A stretch of DNA of 64,000 nt, taken from the NCBI GenBank assembly GCA_905182155.1, contig CAJJAX010000036.1, positions 2,782 through 66,781 of the forward strand, written 5' to 3'. Numbering within the stretch: position 1 is the stretch's first letter; every line of letters begins with the position of its first letter. The notes beneath the pieces were generated by a model. The model saw nothing but the letters and a program-made list of their open reading frames with translations. It had not been told where the DNA came from and searched no databases. This document shows, in pieces, positions 38,801-48,774 of the stretch. The DNA comes from an uncultured Pseudomonadales bacterium (lineage in GTDB: Bacteria > Pseudomonadota > Gammaproteobacteria > Pseudomonadales > Azotimanducaceae). The position numbers were made by a program, and so were the translations under genes.

Positions 38801-41190
38801 GAGCCGAATCGATATCGAAGCTTTACCACAAAGGCATCGGTAACGGGTTGCTGATAACTGTCTGAAAAGATCGTTTGGAAATCTCGCTGAAGCAACAAAC
38901 CAGACTGGTTCGATTGGCGGGTATAAACAACAAACAGATCACTTAAGGGCGCGATCTCCCAGCGGTATCGCCCCTGAAGACTCACCTGAGACACAGCGAA
39001 ATCTGGCACGCTCGCATCTAAATCAGGACGACGCTGCAAATCCCCAGGCTGATCAAGAATGCCATACGCTTGTTGCGCGCGTGCTTTAACGCCAACCCAC
39101 TGCAACACAAACTTTAACTGCTGCTTGGCGCTAATAAAATATTCCAAGCCGATGCCCGGCGCCCATTGCTGCGCGTCAAAAGTGCCCATCGTGCGGCCCT
39201 GGCTATGCAGCAGCCAGTCCGCTCGATCTAAATAATTGAACATGATGTCCAGCACTAACCGATCATCTGGCCGCCAGGTTGCATACAAACTATACACCGC
39301 GCTATCGCCACCCAACTCCTCACCCTGGTAACCAAGCTTGCCGCCAAGACTAAATGGTTTGGAGCGATTCGAGGCCCAGCCGACGCTGGCCATTTGACGC
39401 GCCTCGACTCGGTAAGCCCCGTTCCCAAAACTATTGAGATCATCATAGCTTGCCGCCATGACATCTAACCGAAGCACCAGCTCTGCCAAATTATTCAGCA
39501 CACTTCGGTTCGAGAAAAATAGCCCACCCTGGGTGAAAAGATCCTCTGAATTTTTTTGGACAAAGCCTCGAATGTCGAGCTGGTTTGATCGCGCCCAACT
39601 GAGATCCGATCGCGTTCGAGTATGCGCCTGACGGATTCGAAAATTATCATTACGCTGCAAGAACCCAAAATCGTTGACATCAACGGCGTCATCAAAATAC
39701 TCGATTCCCAACCGCTGGGTCACCCCCTGCCTGAGGGCATACTCAAAATCGATGAAGCCGCCAAACCCGCGATCGACGCCGTCTTTATCGGATGTAAAAA
39801 CCTGAGCATCGGCTTTAAATTTGCCATTTTCACCAAGGTAATGCCCATCAAGGCCCTGAACCAGCGCATCGCCTGCCTCGTTGAGCACCATCGTCGACAA
39901 AAGTCCGAATGATTTGTAGGCGCCGCCAGGCTGATCTTCAAAAAGTAACCGCGCGGCACCATATTCACTGCCTGAACCAACCGCCCGGCGAGTCCCTTGA
40001 CCACTTTGAACTAGAAATTCAGGGTCATCCTCGAACGCCGCCAACACGCCATACCGGAGTTGCCCATTCTGTCCTGTCACCTTGACCGCCCCCAGTAAAT
40101 CATTGGGCTGAATCTGATCCTTGGTTCGGGCCGTCTCACCAACCCCCAATATTGGCAAGACCGGCTTACCGCCAATACGCCGGGTATTCACCAACGTGTA
40201 GGGCGCACCCTTATTACCCACACCAGCGCCTCGCGTATCCGCCCGAGGGGAGGCTGTAAACACTTCTTGCCCCTCAAGGAAAAACAAGCGCTTTTCTGGG
40301 AAAAAAGTTTCCGTCGCAGATAAATTGATGACCACATCATCCGATTCCGCGACCCCAAAATCAGGATTAATGGTCGCTGTTAACTGTAAATTGGTTGACG
40401 GTCGCCAGAAAAAATCCGCCCCAGCACGATAGTTCGTCTTGCCATCAATTCGATCCTGAGTGACTGATGCCGAGGGGAAAATGCTGTATTGCTGCTTCGG
40501 CTGGACATCATCAACCGAGATCGACTGCAGGGCTGAGATAAAACGAGGCACCGTGTCTGGTAGCGCCGGCCAACTCCAACGCTCATCTTTGTAGGCAACG
40601 AACCGCTCCATATACAACCCAATCCGTCGAGCGCCGGGCTGTTTGGGCATTGAAACCACGCCCCAGGGAATGAACATTTCAGCCACCCACCCGGTTTCTG
40701 TTTCACTGGTTGCGCCCTCCCAAGCCCCATCCCAGTCACTCGTAAACTGTTTTTCCGGCAGCAGCGTGCCATCCATTTGAGAGTTCCCTAGGTTAATACC
40801 AAACCAATAACCGTAGCGCCCCTCGCCGGAGGTATCCAATACCATCCCCACGCTGTCTCGTTTGATTTGACGGTTGTCTCGACTGGACAGCCGCGCCACT
40901 CGCGTCTCAGGCGGTTGCTCGACCTGCACACCCACATACAGGCCGCGTTCGTTGTAAAATAGACTGACCCAGGTTGCATGCGCCGGCTTGACCAAGGTAT
41001 CCGGCTCGATCACAACAAACTCATCATACTGATCGAGGCTTGACCAGACAGGCTCATCCAGCTTGCCATCAATTTTTATAACGGCTTCGCGATTGGCAAT
41101 CTCTAAGGTTTCGGTCGGACTCACCGACACCTGCAACGCATGAATTGGCATCACGACAAACAAAGCAAGGACAAGAACAACTCGGTTCAT
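38797..41190 (-). CDS. Secreted/outer-membrane protein with CBM9-like N-domain and DUF5916-like beta-rich region
   Basis: IDGKLDEPVWSSL...LYVGVQVEQ...SVGMVLDTSGEGRYGYWFGINLGNSQMDG fits the CBM9-like/DUF5916 family pattern. Start moved to ATG 41190 (MNRVVLVLALFVV, a signal peptide), which follows GAGGTG. Confidence 0.6.
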   Translation of the reverse strand: MNRVVLVLALFVVMPIHALQVSVSPTETLEIANREAVIKIDGKLDEPVWSSLDQYDEFVVIEPDTLVKPAHATWVSLFYNERGLYVGVQVEQPPETRVARLSSRDNRQIKRDSVGMVLDTSGEGRYGYWFGINLGNSQMDGTLLPEKQFTSDWDGAWEGATSETETGWVAEMFIPWGVVSMPKQPGARRIGLYMERFVAYKDERWSWPALPDTVPRFISALQSISVDDVQPKQQYSIFPSASVTQDRIDGKTNYRAGADFFWRPSTNLQLTATINPDFGVAESDDVVINLSATETFFPEKRLFFLEGQEVFTASPRADTRGAGVGNKGAPYTLVNTRRIGGKPVLPILGVGETARTKDQIQPNDLLGAVKVTGQNGQLRYGVLAAFEDDPEFLVQSGQGTRRAVGSGSEYGAARLLFEDQPGGAYKSFGLLSTMVLNEAGDALVQGLDGHYLGENGKFKADAQVFTSDKDGVDRGFGGFIDFEYALRQGVTQRLGIEYFDDAVDVNDFGFLQRNDNFRIRQAHTRTRSDLSWARSNQLDIRGFVQKNSEDLFTQGGLFFSNRSVLNNLAELVLRLDVMAASYDDLNSFGNGAYRVEARQMASVGWASNRSKPFSLGGKLGYQGEELGGDSAVYSLYATWRPDDRLVLDIMFNYLDRADWLLHSQGRTMGTFDAQQWAPGIGLEYFISAKQQLKFVLQWVGVKARAQQAYGILDQPGDLQRRPDLDASVPDFAVSQVSLQGRYRWEIAPLSDLFVVYTRQSNQSGLLLQRDFQTIFSDSYQQPVTDAFVVKLRYRFGS

Positions 41191-41384
41191 ATTCACCTCT
41201 GGGTTCTTTCGAGCCAGTGGATGCATCCGTCTGGCGGTCTAAACATAATGCACCATGCGGTCGGTATTCAAACGATTAACACCCTTTTTGAGCAGATGTT
41301 TCAGGCCACACAATTCCCCGTGGGCCAGATGCGCTGTAATGCGCGACCAAATTGGCCGGATACACTGCATTTTGGACGGCCCAT

Positions 41385-42925
41385 CTACTGCGGTGCTGGC
41401 CCTGGATAGGATTCCCGGAGCACGCGTTTGAGCACTTTGCCATTGGCATTCCTTGGGATCACATCCGTAAAGGCCAAGCCTCTCGGCAATTTAAAGCGAG
41501 CCAACTTACCATCGCAAAAACTCAAGATCGCGTCAGCTGCTACATCGGATGACTTTGGCACAACGATCGCAAAAGGGCTCTCGCCCCACTTCTGACTGGG
41601 CTGGCCAATCACCGCCACCTCGATGACGTCAGGATGACTCAGAATCACGTTCTCAATTTCAGCCGGATAAACATTTTCGCCACCAGTGATAATCATGTCT
41701 TTGATTCATTTGACTGTCAAAGCCTTCTTCATCAATTGAAAAGCCTCTTTCCGGTCCACAACCAACCATCTTGAGTAATGGTGTCGGCTGTGGCTTCGGG
41801 CCGATGCCAATACTCAAGCATGATGTGGCCACCCTTTACCCAAACTTCCCCCTGCAGGCCGGGATCACAGTCAGCGCCCGCATCATCGACAACCCGCACC
41901 TCGGTATGAAAAAAAGCTTTCCCGGTTGAACCAATCTTTTGCAGCGCATTCTCGGCGCTGATTACACAAGCAGGCCCACAGGTTTCCGTTAGACCGTAGA
42001 TCTGATGGATTTCGATCCCCAATTTTGAATATTGTTCAATCAAGCTCACAGGCAGTGGCGACGCGCCGCTTTGGATCCATCTAAGGTGATCGAATGTAAA
42101 CTGTTCCCGTGGGACCTGTATCATGAAATTGAGCATGGCGGGCACTAACAAAGACACCCCAATCGCCTCATCTCGAATCAACTTCCAGGCTGACACCGGG
42201 TCGAACTCACGCATCACGACGCTGGTCACACCACGATAAATATTCAAAGCAACAGGCGTTAGCGCGCCAACATGAAACAATGGCAGTGCCACCAAGTAGC
42301 GATCCCCGTCACGCAGATCGCAACTGGCCTCAAAGGTCAGCAGCGCCCAAAAAGACGTTGTATGAGAATGCACCACACCCTTAGGTAGCCCTGTGGTGCC
42401 TGAGGTGTACATGATGTAAAGCAGGTCATCCCCACTCGCAGTCACCACCGGTTCAACCACATTCCCTTGGGCGCAAAACTGAGCATAATCCGTTGCAAAG
42501 GCGAGGCAATCGCCAACGCTTGCGACTTCAAGCCAGTGCTGCACGTCGGTCTGATCACCGCGTCCATGTAAGTCCGCAATGACCGTTTGGAATTCTTCGC
42601 CATAGATCAGCGTTTTTGCACCGCTGTCCTTGATAATAAACTCAAGCTCATCCGCAACGAGACGCCAATTCAGCGGCACCACAACCCCGCCAATCTTCGC
42701 GACCGCGATAAAAGCCTCGATAAACTCGGCACTATTCATCAAACACAGCGCGACCCGATCACCTTGTTCAACGCCCAGTCCACGAAGCTGATGACTGAGC
42801 CGATTAGCGCGCTGATTGAGTTCCAAGAAGGATAGCCTGGCGCCGGTCGCGGCATCGACATACGCCTCTCGATGAGGGCTAATGTCCGCACGGCGGGTGA
42901 GAAAGGATCCGATATTCACATTCAT
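41385..42925 (-). pseudogene. AMP-dependent acyl-CoA synthetase disrupted by two or more frameshifts and an in-frame TGA within 41706-41760
   Basis: The N-terminal ORF (41732..42925) has YIMYTSGTTGLPKG and ends ...QDGWLWTGKRLFN*. The C-terminal ORF (41385..41696) starts MIITGGENVYPAEIE. Between them the three frames read in turn GWLWTG, then RGFSIDEEGF, then LTVK-TGA-IKDMIITGG. The TGA is at 41706-41708. Confidence 0.8.
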
Positions 42926-43016
42926 TCAGCGCTCTCCTAGGTCTTCGAACCCAGCTCAAAATGATCCCGAGTTCAATACACACTTCAATTATTGAGCCTC
43001 GCCCTAACGCATAGGG

Positions 43017-44168
43017 TCAGCTCACAATGCTTCTTGATATTAACTCTTTCATAATTTCACTGGTGCCACCATAAATTCTTTGGATTCTGGCATCCAAGTA
43101 GGCGCGTGATATGGGGTATTCACTCATATAGCCATAGCCACCAAACATCTGAACGCACTGGTCTGCAACGCGCCCCTGCATTTCGCTGGCGGCCAGTTTC
43201 AGCATCGAGGCTTCCGCACTGCTCAGTTCGCCCACAAGAAATTGTGCCGTGTACTTTTCCGCCATTGCTCGGCAGAGCTCAATATCCGTTTTCATCTCGG
43301 CCAGCTTGTAGCGCGAATTCTGAAAGGCTGCAACCGATTGCCCAAAAGCCTGCCGCTCGGTAATGTACCCAACCGTCAAATCAAACGCCCCTTGGGCCGC
43401 ACCGACGCAGCCAACGCCTAGAATCAAACGCTCCCTCGGCAACTCGTTCATCATATTGACAAAGCCTTGACCTTCACCACCGAGAATATCATCCGTCGTC
43501 ACAATCAGATCATCGAAAAACAATTCCGAGGTGTCCCCGCTGTGGAGCCCCATTTTGTCTAGATTTCGGCCGCGATTAAATCCGGATGACGCGCAATCAA
43601 CCGTAAACAACGTCATCCCTTTGGCGCCTTGGTTTGGATCTGTCTTTGTTGCCAGCACAATCAGATCACAATGCTGACCATTGGTAATGAAGGTTTTTTG
43701 GCCATTAATCTTGAAATGATCACCGTCACGGGCAGCATGGGTTTTGATCCGTTGTAGATCACTACCAGCACTGGGCTCGGTCATACCGATCGCGCCAACA
43801 ATTTCGCCCGAGACCATGCCCGGCAGATATTTTTCTTTCTGAGCCTCGCTGCCAAGATTCAAAATATAAGGCGCAACGATATCTGAATGCACCGACAACC
43901 CACTCGCCAGGGCGCCAAAACCAAATTTTGAGACCTCATCGACGACCAGACAGCTGAGCTCAAAGGACACGCCGTAGCCGCCGTAGGCCTGAGGCACATC
44001 AACACATAAGAAGCCCTGCTCACCGAAGCTGCGCCAAAGCGACCTCGGCCAAATACCGGCTTTTTCCCATTCATCGTAATGGGGCGCGACCTCAGCCTTT
44101 AAAAAGCGGTGAAGATTATCAACGAACAAGCGCTTTTCTTGGGGATCCAAACTAACCGGCTGATTCAT
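43017..44168 (-). CDS. Acyl-CoA dehydrogenase
   Basis: 383-aa ORF with GAIGMTEPSAGSD and the C-terminal IYGGTSEIMKELISR, both typical of ACADs. Confidence 0.9.
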   Translation of the reverse strand: MNQPVSLDPQEKRLFVDNLHRFLKAEVAPHYDEWEKAGIWPRSLWRSFGEQGFLCVDVPQAYGGYGVSFELSCLVVDEVSKFGFGALASGLSVHSDIVAPYILNLGSEAQKEKYLPGMVSGEIVGAIGMTEPSAGSDLQRIKTHAARDGDHFKINGQKTFITNGQHCDLIVLATKTDPNQGAKGMTLFTVDCASSGFNRGRNLDKMGLHSGDTSELFFDDLIVTTDDILGGEGQGFVNMMNELPRERLILGVGCVGAAQGAFDLTVGYITERQAFGQSVAAFQNSRYKLAEMKTDIELCRAMAEKYTAQFLVGELSSAEASMLKLAASEMQGRVADQCVQMFGGYGYMSEYPISRAYLDARIQRIYGGTSEIMKELISRSIVS

Positions 44169-44373
44169 AACGGGACTCGATCAAATAGTTGATGCGCATT
44201 ATAAGCTGGTCCACACAATGCCGTCGAATCCGCCATAAAAGCCGTTTTATGGTCGAAAAATGACCTTGCTTTTACGGGTTGTCTATCTCGACCCGGTCGC
44301 GCAAAATGAGTTAACGTGCGTGCCAAGCGCCTTCAACCGTGAACGCAAGGCACTGAGAACCAAGAGGCCGATT

Positions 44374-46521
44374 ATGCCCAATATTGATATCACCAAACCT
44401 GCCAGCGGGAGTCGACTGGTTCAGGCTGCGGGGCGATCACTCTTAGTTGGCCAACCACCGGAAGTCCTCAAAGGTTTAAAGCTTTCTGGCCAAGAACATT
44501 TTGATGGCGTGGTGCTAATCGATACCCGGGAGCGAGATGGCTCGCTCATGAATCATGTGGAATTTTTGCTGTACCACTTTTTGTTCAATCTTGGCGCCTA
44601 TGCCAGTGGTGAGAAACTGCTGCTCATCGGCGACGACCAAGCGATCAAACAAGCCAAACGACTCATGAAGATTACCTTGCTTGGCCCTGACCCAGATCAA
44701 TTCAAGCAGTGGAACAGCGATCCCGCACTGGCCCAAGAGTGGCTCGGTATCTCTGATGACGCCGCGTTACGGGGGCCTGATCAACAAATCTTAACGGTCG
44801 ATGACTTCTTCACGACTTATACCTTTGATGCCAATCAAGTCCAAATTGGGGATCTCGTCATCGAGCACACCGGATTTGATCAATACCGATTCTCCAATGG
44901 CTGCGAAAGCGAAGATCTTGATCTCAGCGAAGACACTCGAATTCAGCCCAGCTATCCAACGCTGAAGGATTATCATTCTGCGGGCCTTGCTAAATTTTCT
45001 TTGGAAGTCTTGGGCGGCGCTTCGGGCTTTTCTCCGAACGAACCCTGCACCGGGCTTGCCCTCTGCCATAACGGTGAATACCTCTTGGTGGACGCCATTC
45101 CTTTTCTGGATGAGCATTTGCTGGCGCGGGGCATATCAAAAAATCAAATTTCAGCGTGCTTTTTAACCCACATTCATGACGATCACTGCGCCCTCTTTCC
45201 GCTGATGCAAGCGGCACGGGTTATAGACATCATCACCACCACCGAAATCTTTGAAATGGCCATCGAGAAACTTGCCCTGGGATTAGGCTGGCAGGACACC
45301 GTCATTCGAGAGCACTTTCACCATATCCCGATTGACCCCGGCCAACCCATTAATCACTTCGGCTTGATTATCAAAGCGCATCACACCGTCCACAGTATCC
45401 CAACCATTGGTGCGACCTTCACGGTTCGCAACGGCCAGCAGACAAACGAGATTTGCGTGGTGGGTGATAATCATGCGCTCCAAAAAGTTCAATCGCTGCA
45501 TGAAGCCGGAATCGTACGGTCAGAGACGCTCGAGCCGCTGCAACACCTGTACCAAGCCCGGTTCAATCTGCTCATTGCCGATGGCGGCGCGGGCCCACTC
45601 CATGGTGATCCCGCAGAATTCACAACGTCACCCGCCGAGCGGATCGTCTTTGTTCATATTGATGAACTGCCGGGACAGTTTGCCGCGACCTTTTCTGTCG
45701 CCAGCGCCGGCAAACGTTACACCTTAATTGAAGGTGATCTGTCGTTATACGCCGCGCTGATTCATCACTATTTAAAAACTTGGATCGGGGATGTCGGTCC
45801 AAATCGCTGGCTTCGAAGCTTGGTCACAAACGCGGCCATCAAGAATTACAATCAAGACGATGTTGTTCTCGTTCAGGGCCAAGAATCCAAAGGTTATGTG
45901 TACCTGATCCTAACGGGCTATTGCTCGGTGGTGCATCACAACGACCACGATACCAAGACGATCGCCACCCTTCAGGCTGGGGATTTATTAGGCGAAATGG
46001 CAGCCCTCACTGATCTAGGCGCTCGAAATGCCTCGATTGTTGCGCAAACGCCGGTAACAGTATGCCAATTCTCTGAAGATGCCTTTACTGCTTTATCGAA
46101 CGACCCAAAGCTGCGAGCACAACTGACCAAACGGTGGCAGCTACGTCCCATCATCAAGAATCTAGCGTTCTTCAAAGCCTTAAACTCAACCGTCAATGAA
46201 CAAGTCAGTGCGATTTCCGAACTCGTTGAGCATCCGTTAGGGGCGAGCATCGCCTTTGACAACGCGCACCTCTACTTCAAAATTGACGGCGAGCTCAGCA
46301 GCGACAACCCCTTGATTGCGAGTAATGAGACGTTAGGCTGGCAGCCCTTTGGCCTGGAGATCGTTGGCCAGGCGGTCGCTGAGACAGCGGTCAAACTAAT
46401 GGTCATCACCCGAGAAGATTTTGAAACCACGCGACGATCAACGCCCCAGCTCAATTATCAATTGCGCAAGCAGGTTCAACAACGATCGAGCGAACCCGCC
46501 CCATGGGCGCTGTCGATTTAA
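44374..46521 (+). CDS. Multidomain protein: unknown N-domain, metallo-beta-lactamase-fold hydrolase, tandem cyclic-nucleotide-binding domains
   Basis: HxHxDH motif in FLTHIHDDHCALF, with later HTVHS, VGDN and LHGD. A CAP-effector-like domain follows (VVLVQGQESKGYVYLILTGYCSVV...LQAGDLLGEMAAL...RNASIVA), then a second partial one (FFKALNSTVNEQVS...). Start moved to ATG 44374, after AAGAGG. The track start at 44260 adds 38 residues. Confidence 0.6.
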   Translation: MPNIDITKPASGSRLVQAAGRSLLVGQPPEVLKGLKLSGQEHFDGVVLIDTRERDGSLMNHVEFLLYHFLFNLGAYASGEKLLLIGDDQAIKQAKRLMKITLLGPDPDQFKQWNSDPALAQEWLGISDDAALRGPDQQILTVDDFFTTYTFDANQVQIGDLVIEHTGFDQYRFSNGCESEDLDLSEDTRIQPSYPTLKDYHSAGLAKFSLEVLGGASGFSPNEPCTGLALCHNGEYLLVDAIPFLDEHLLARGISKNQISACFLTHIHDDHCALFPLMQAARVIDIITTTEIFEMAIEKLALGLGWQDTVIREHFHHIPIDPGQPINHFGLIIKAHHTVHSIPTIGATFTVRNGQQTNEICVVGDNHALQKVQSLHEAGIVRSETLEPLQHLYQARFNLLIADGGAGPLHGDPAEFTTSPAERIVFVHIDELPGQFAATFSVASAGKRYTLIEGDLSLYAALIHHYLKTWIGDVGPNRWLRSLVTNAAIKNYNQDDVVLVQGQESKGYVYLILTGYCSVVHHNDHDTKTIATLQAGDLLGEMAALTDLGARNASIVAQTPVTVCQFSEDAFTALSNDPKLRAQLTKRWQLRPIIKNLAFFKALNSTVNEQVSAISELVEHPLGASIAFDNAHLYFKIDGELSSDNPLIASNETLGWQPFGLEIVGQAVAETAVKLMVITREDFETTRRSTPQLNYQLRKQVQQRSSEPAPWALSI

Positions 46522-46553
46522 GCCTCTCAAATAACAAGAACCCCCAACCCGAT

Positions 46554-48167
46554 TTATTCGGAGCGGGTTTTATCCGGGAAGTTCTGATCGAAGGCTAAGC
46601 GCCGTCGAGTACTGTCCAGTTGGCTCAAACGCTCGGACTCATCCCAACCCAGCAGTTCTGACAACAACTCGCTGATTCGCTCAAGCCCACGCTCACTCAA
46701 ACTGGGCTCGTAGAGCGGTGTACGCAACCGCCGATAAACCACGTCCTCCAAGGTCCGAGCATATTCCTGGGTGACGGCCCAATGGACCTGGCCCATGATC
46801 ATCCGGGCACCCGGCGCGATAGGATCCCGACCACAGGCCAATACCGCTTGCGCTTCGTCGCCATAGCGACGAACCAGGCGATCCAGAATCTGCGCGTCGA
46901 CATTTTCAGAATCCAGTAACGGCCCGAGCAATCCCTCGGGTGGCCTAGGCTGACTGGCCCCCGGAAACCAGGCAAGGGTGGATTGAACCGCATCACGAAA
47001 TTCCGGATGCTGCCGAACAACCTGCTGAACAACCGTCTCAGCCATTTTCAAATAACCGGTCAATTTACCACCCGCAATCGTAATCAAGCCCTTTTGGCTC
47101 ACCCAAACTTCATCTTTGCGCGAAATTTCTGTCGTTTTCTTACCTGATTCGGTAATTAATGGACGAAGACCCGCCCAACTGCTGAGCACCTGGCTCGACT
47201 GAAGCGTTTTGTTAAAATGGGTGTTGACCACGCCGAGCAAGTACTGGACCTCTTCATCGAGCACTGGTGGCCAGGTCAGGTCCGATCCCTCATAAATCGT
47301 ATCCGTTGTGCCCACGTAAACAACCTCATCGGTTGGAATCGCAAACACTGGACGACCGTCATCAGCAACCAAAAGACAACATTGACTGATTGTTAGATCT
47401 GACCGAGCAAGCACCACATGCACGCCTTTACTGAGGATCAAGGACTTCGGTGTCGGCTCATCCATAGCCAAAACATTCGGTACCCAAGGCCCGGCGGCAT
47501 TCACCACACAGGTGCTTTGGACCTCAATCGGGGTCTTTGAATCCTGATGACGAATGATCACCCCAGCCACCTGGCCTGCTTTTTCGAGCAAGCCTTCCAC
47601 CGGTGTATAGCTCAGCGCAATGCCGTCCAGGGCGCAGCCCGCCCGAACGTTTGCGATCACCAATCTGGCGTCATCGGTTAGATATTCTCGATAAAGGATC
47701 CCGTAAGGAAATCGACTGCGATCCAAGGATGGCTCTGCCGCTGCAAGCGCGCGGCCCCAAACCAGGCGGTGTCGGTCCTCGGGCTTGACCTGCCCCAAAA
47801 ATTCATAGAGACGAACCCCAATCAAATATTTTAAGCAGGTGAACCAATTCGGGGCAACCAACAATAAATCGATCGGCTCAGCAAGGTGGGGCGCGAGCTT
47901 TAGCACTCGCAACCGCTCGCGAGCACCTTCTCGAACCAAGGCCCACTCGCCGTTTTGGAGATAGCGTATCCCACCATGAATCAGCTTGGTGGATCGACTC
48001 GACGTGCCATTGGCAAAATCCTGAGCGTCCAGCAATAACGCCTTTAACCCTTGCAGCCCGGCTTGTCGAAAAATACCCGCACCGGTAATACCGCCACCGA
48101 TGATAATCAAATCAAACTTCGTCTCAGCGAGGGTTTCGGCGCTGGGTAAATCCTGCATGGTACTCAA
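46554..48167 (-). CDS. glpD: FAD-dependent glycerol-3-phosphate dehydrogenase (GlpD-like)
   Basis: 537-aa ORF with FDLIIIGGGITGAGI and TSSRSTKLIHGGIRYL. Confidence 0.85.
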   Translation of the reverse strand: MSTMQDLPSAETLAETKFDLIIIGGGITGAGIFRQAGLQGLKALLLDAQDFANGTSSRSTKLIHGGIRYLQNGEWALVREGARERLRVLKLAPHLAEPIDLLLVAPNWFTCLKYLIGVRLYEFLGQVKPEDRHRLVWGRALAAAEPSLDRSRFPYGILYREYLTDDARLVIANVRAGCALDGIALSYTPVEGLLEKAGQVAGVIIRHQDSKTPIEVQSTCVVNAAGPWVPNVLAMDEPTPKSLILSKGVHVVLARSDLTISQCCLLVADDGRPVFAIPTDEVVYVGTTDTIYEGSDLTWPPVLDEEVQYLLGVVNTHFNKTLQSSQVLSSWAGLRPLITESGKKTTEISRKDEVWVSQKGLITIAGGKLTGYLKMAETVVQQVVRQHPEFRDAVQSTLAWFPGASQPRPPEGLLGPLLDSENVDAQILDRLVRRYGDEAQAVLACGRDPIAPGARMIMGQVHWAVTQEYARTLEDVVYRRLRTPLYEPSLSERGLERISELLSELLGWDESERLSQLDSTRRRLAFDQNFPDKTRSE

Positions 48168-48192
48168 CCTATTCCTTGGCTATTCTTAAGCC

Positions 48193-48774
48193 ATGACCAT
48201 TTCCATTGATTTTGCTGACCCGCAGCAGTTGTCGCAGATTAGCGACCTTGCACACTCGATCTGGCGGGAGTACTACCTTGGGATCATCTCCGGACCACAA
48301 ATCGAATTCATGCTGGCGGCGGATTATAGCCTTGATCAATTACAAAAGGATCGAGCAACGGGCACAAACTTCCTAATCCTCAAAAAAAACAGCCAGCCCA
48401 TCGGCTTTGCCGCCTTTCAGGCCTTGGATCCATCATTCGTAAAACTCGAAAAGCTCTACCTTGCAACGCAGCACCACGGCAAAGGACTCGGAAAACGCTT
48501 GCTTGACCAAGCCGAACAGTGCGCGCAAGCACTCGGGGCAACGGCACTATTTTTGAATGTCAACAAACACAATGCCCGCGCCATTGCGGCCTATCGCCGA
48601 GCCGGCTACACCCATCATCAATCGGTCTTGGCACCCATCGGCGCTGGCTTTTACGTTGACGATTACGTGTTTCAGAAACAATTCACGGCTGCTTCAACCT
48701 CGATTGAAGTCGGAACCCCTACCCTTCAATCGAGATCAACGTTTCACCAAAACAAGGAGACCCTTGATGAATGA
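48193..48774 (+). CDS. GNAT-family N-acetyltransferase
   Basis: 193-aa ORF with the acetyl-CoA-binding motif QHHGKGLGKRLL. Confidence 0.75.
   Translation: MTISIDFADPQQLSQISDLAHSIWREYYLGIISGPQIEFMLAADYSLDQLQKDRATGTNFLILKKNSQPIGFAAFQALDPSFVKLEKLYLATQHHGKGLGKRLLDQAEQCAQALGATALFLNVNKHNARAIAAYRRAGYTHHQSVLAPIGAGFYVDDYVFQKQFTAASTSIEVGTPTLQSRSTFHQNKETLDE

Noticed and set aside
41706-41708. In-frame TGA codons (here and at 48838-48840) read as selenocysteine or stop-codon reassignment
   Set aside because: TGA is used as an ordinary stop by several intact genes in this window, including cofD, npdG and the GPH permease. The affected positions align to Arg or hydrophobic residues rather than Cys/Sec. 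Both TGAs sit next to frameshifts, which points to damage or error rather than recoding.
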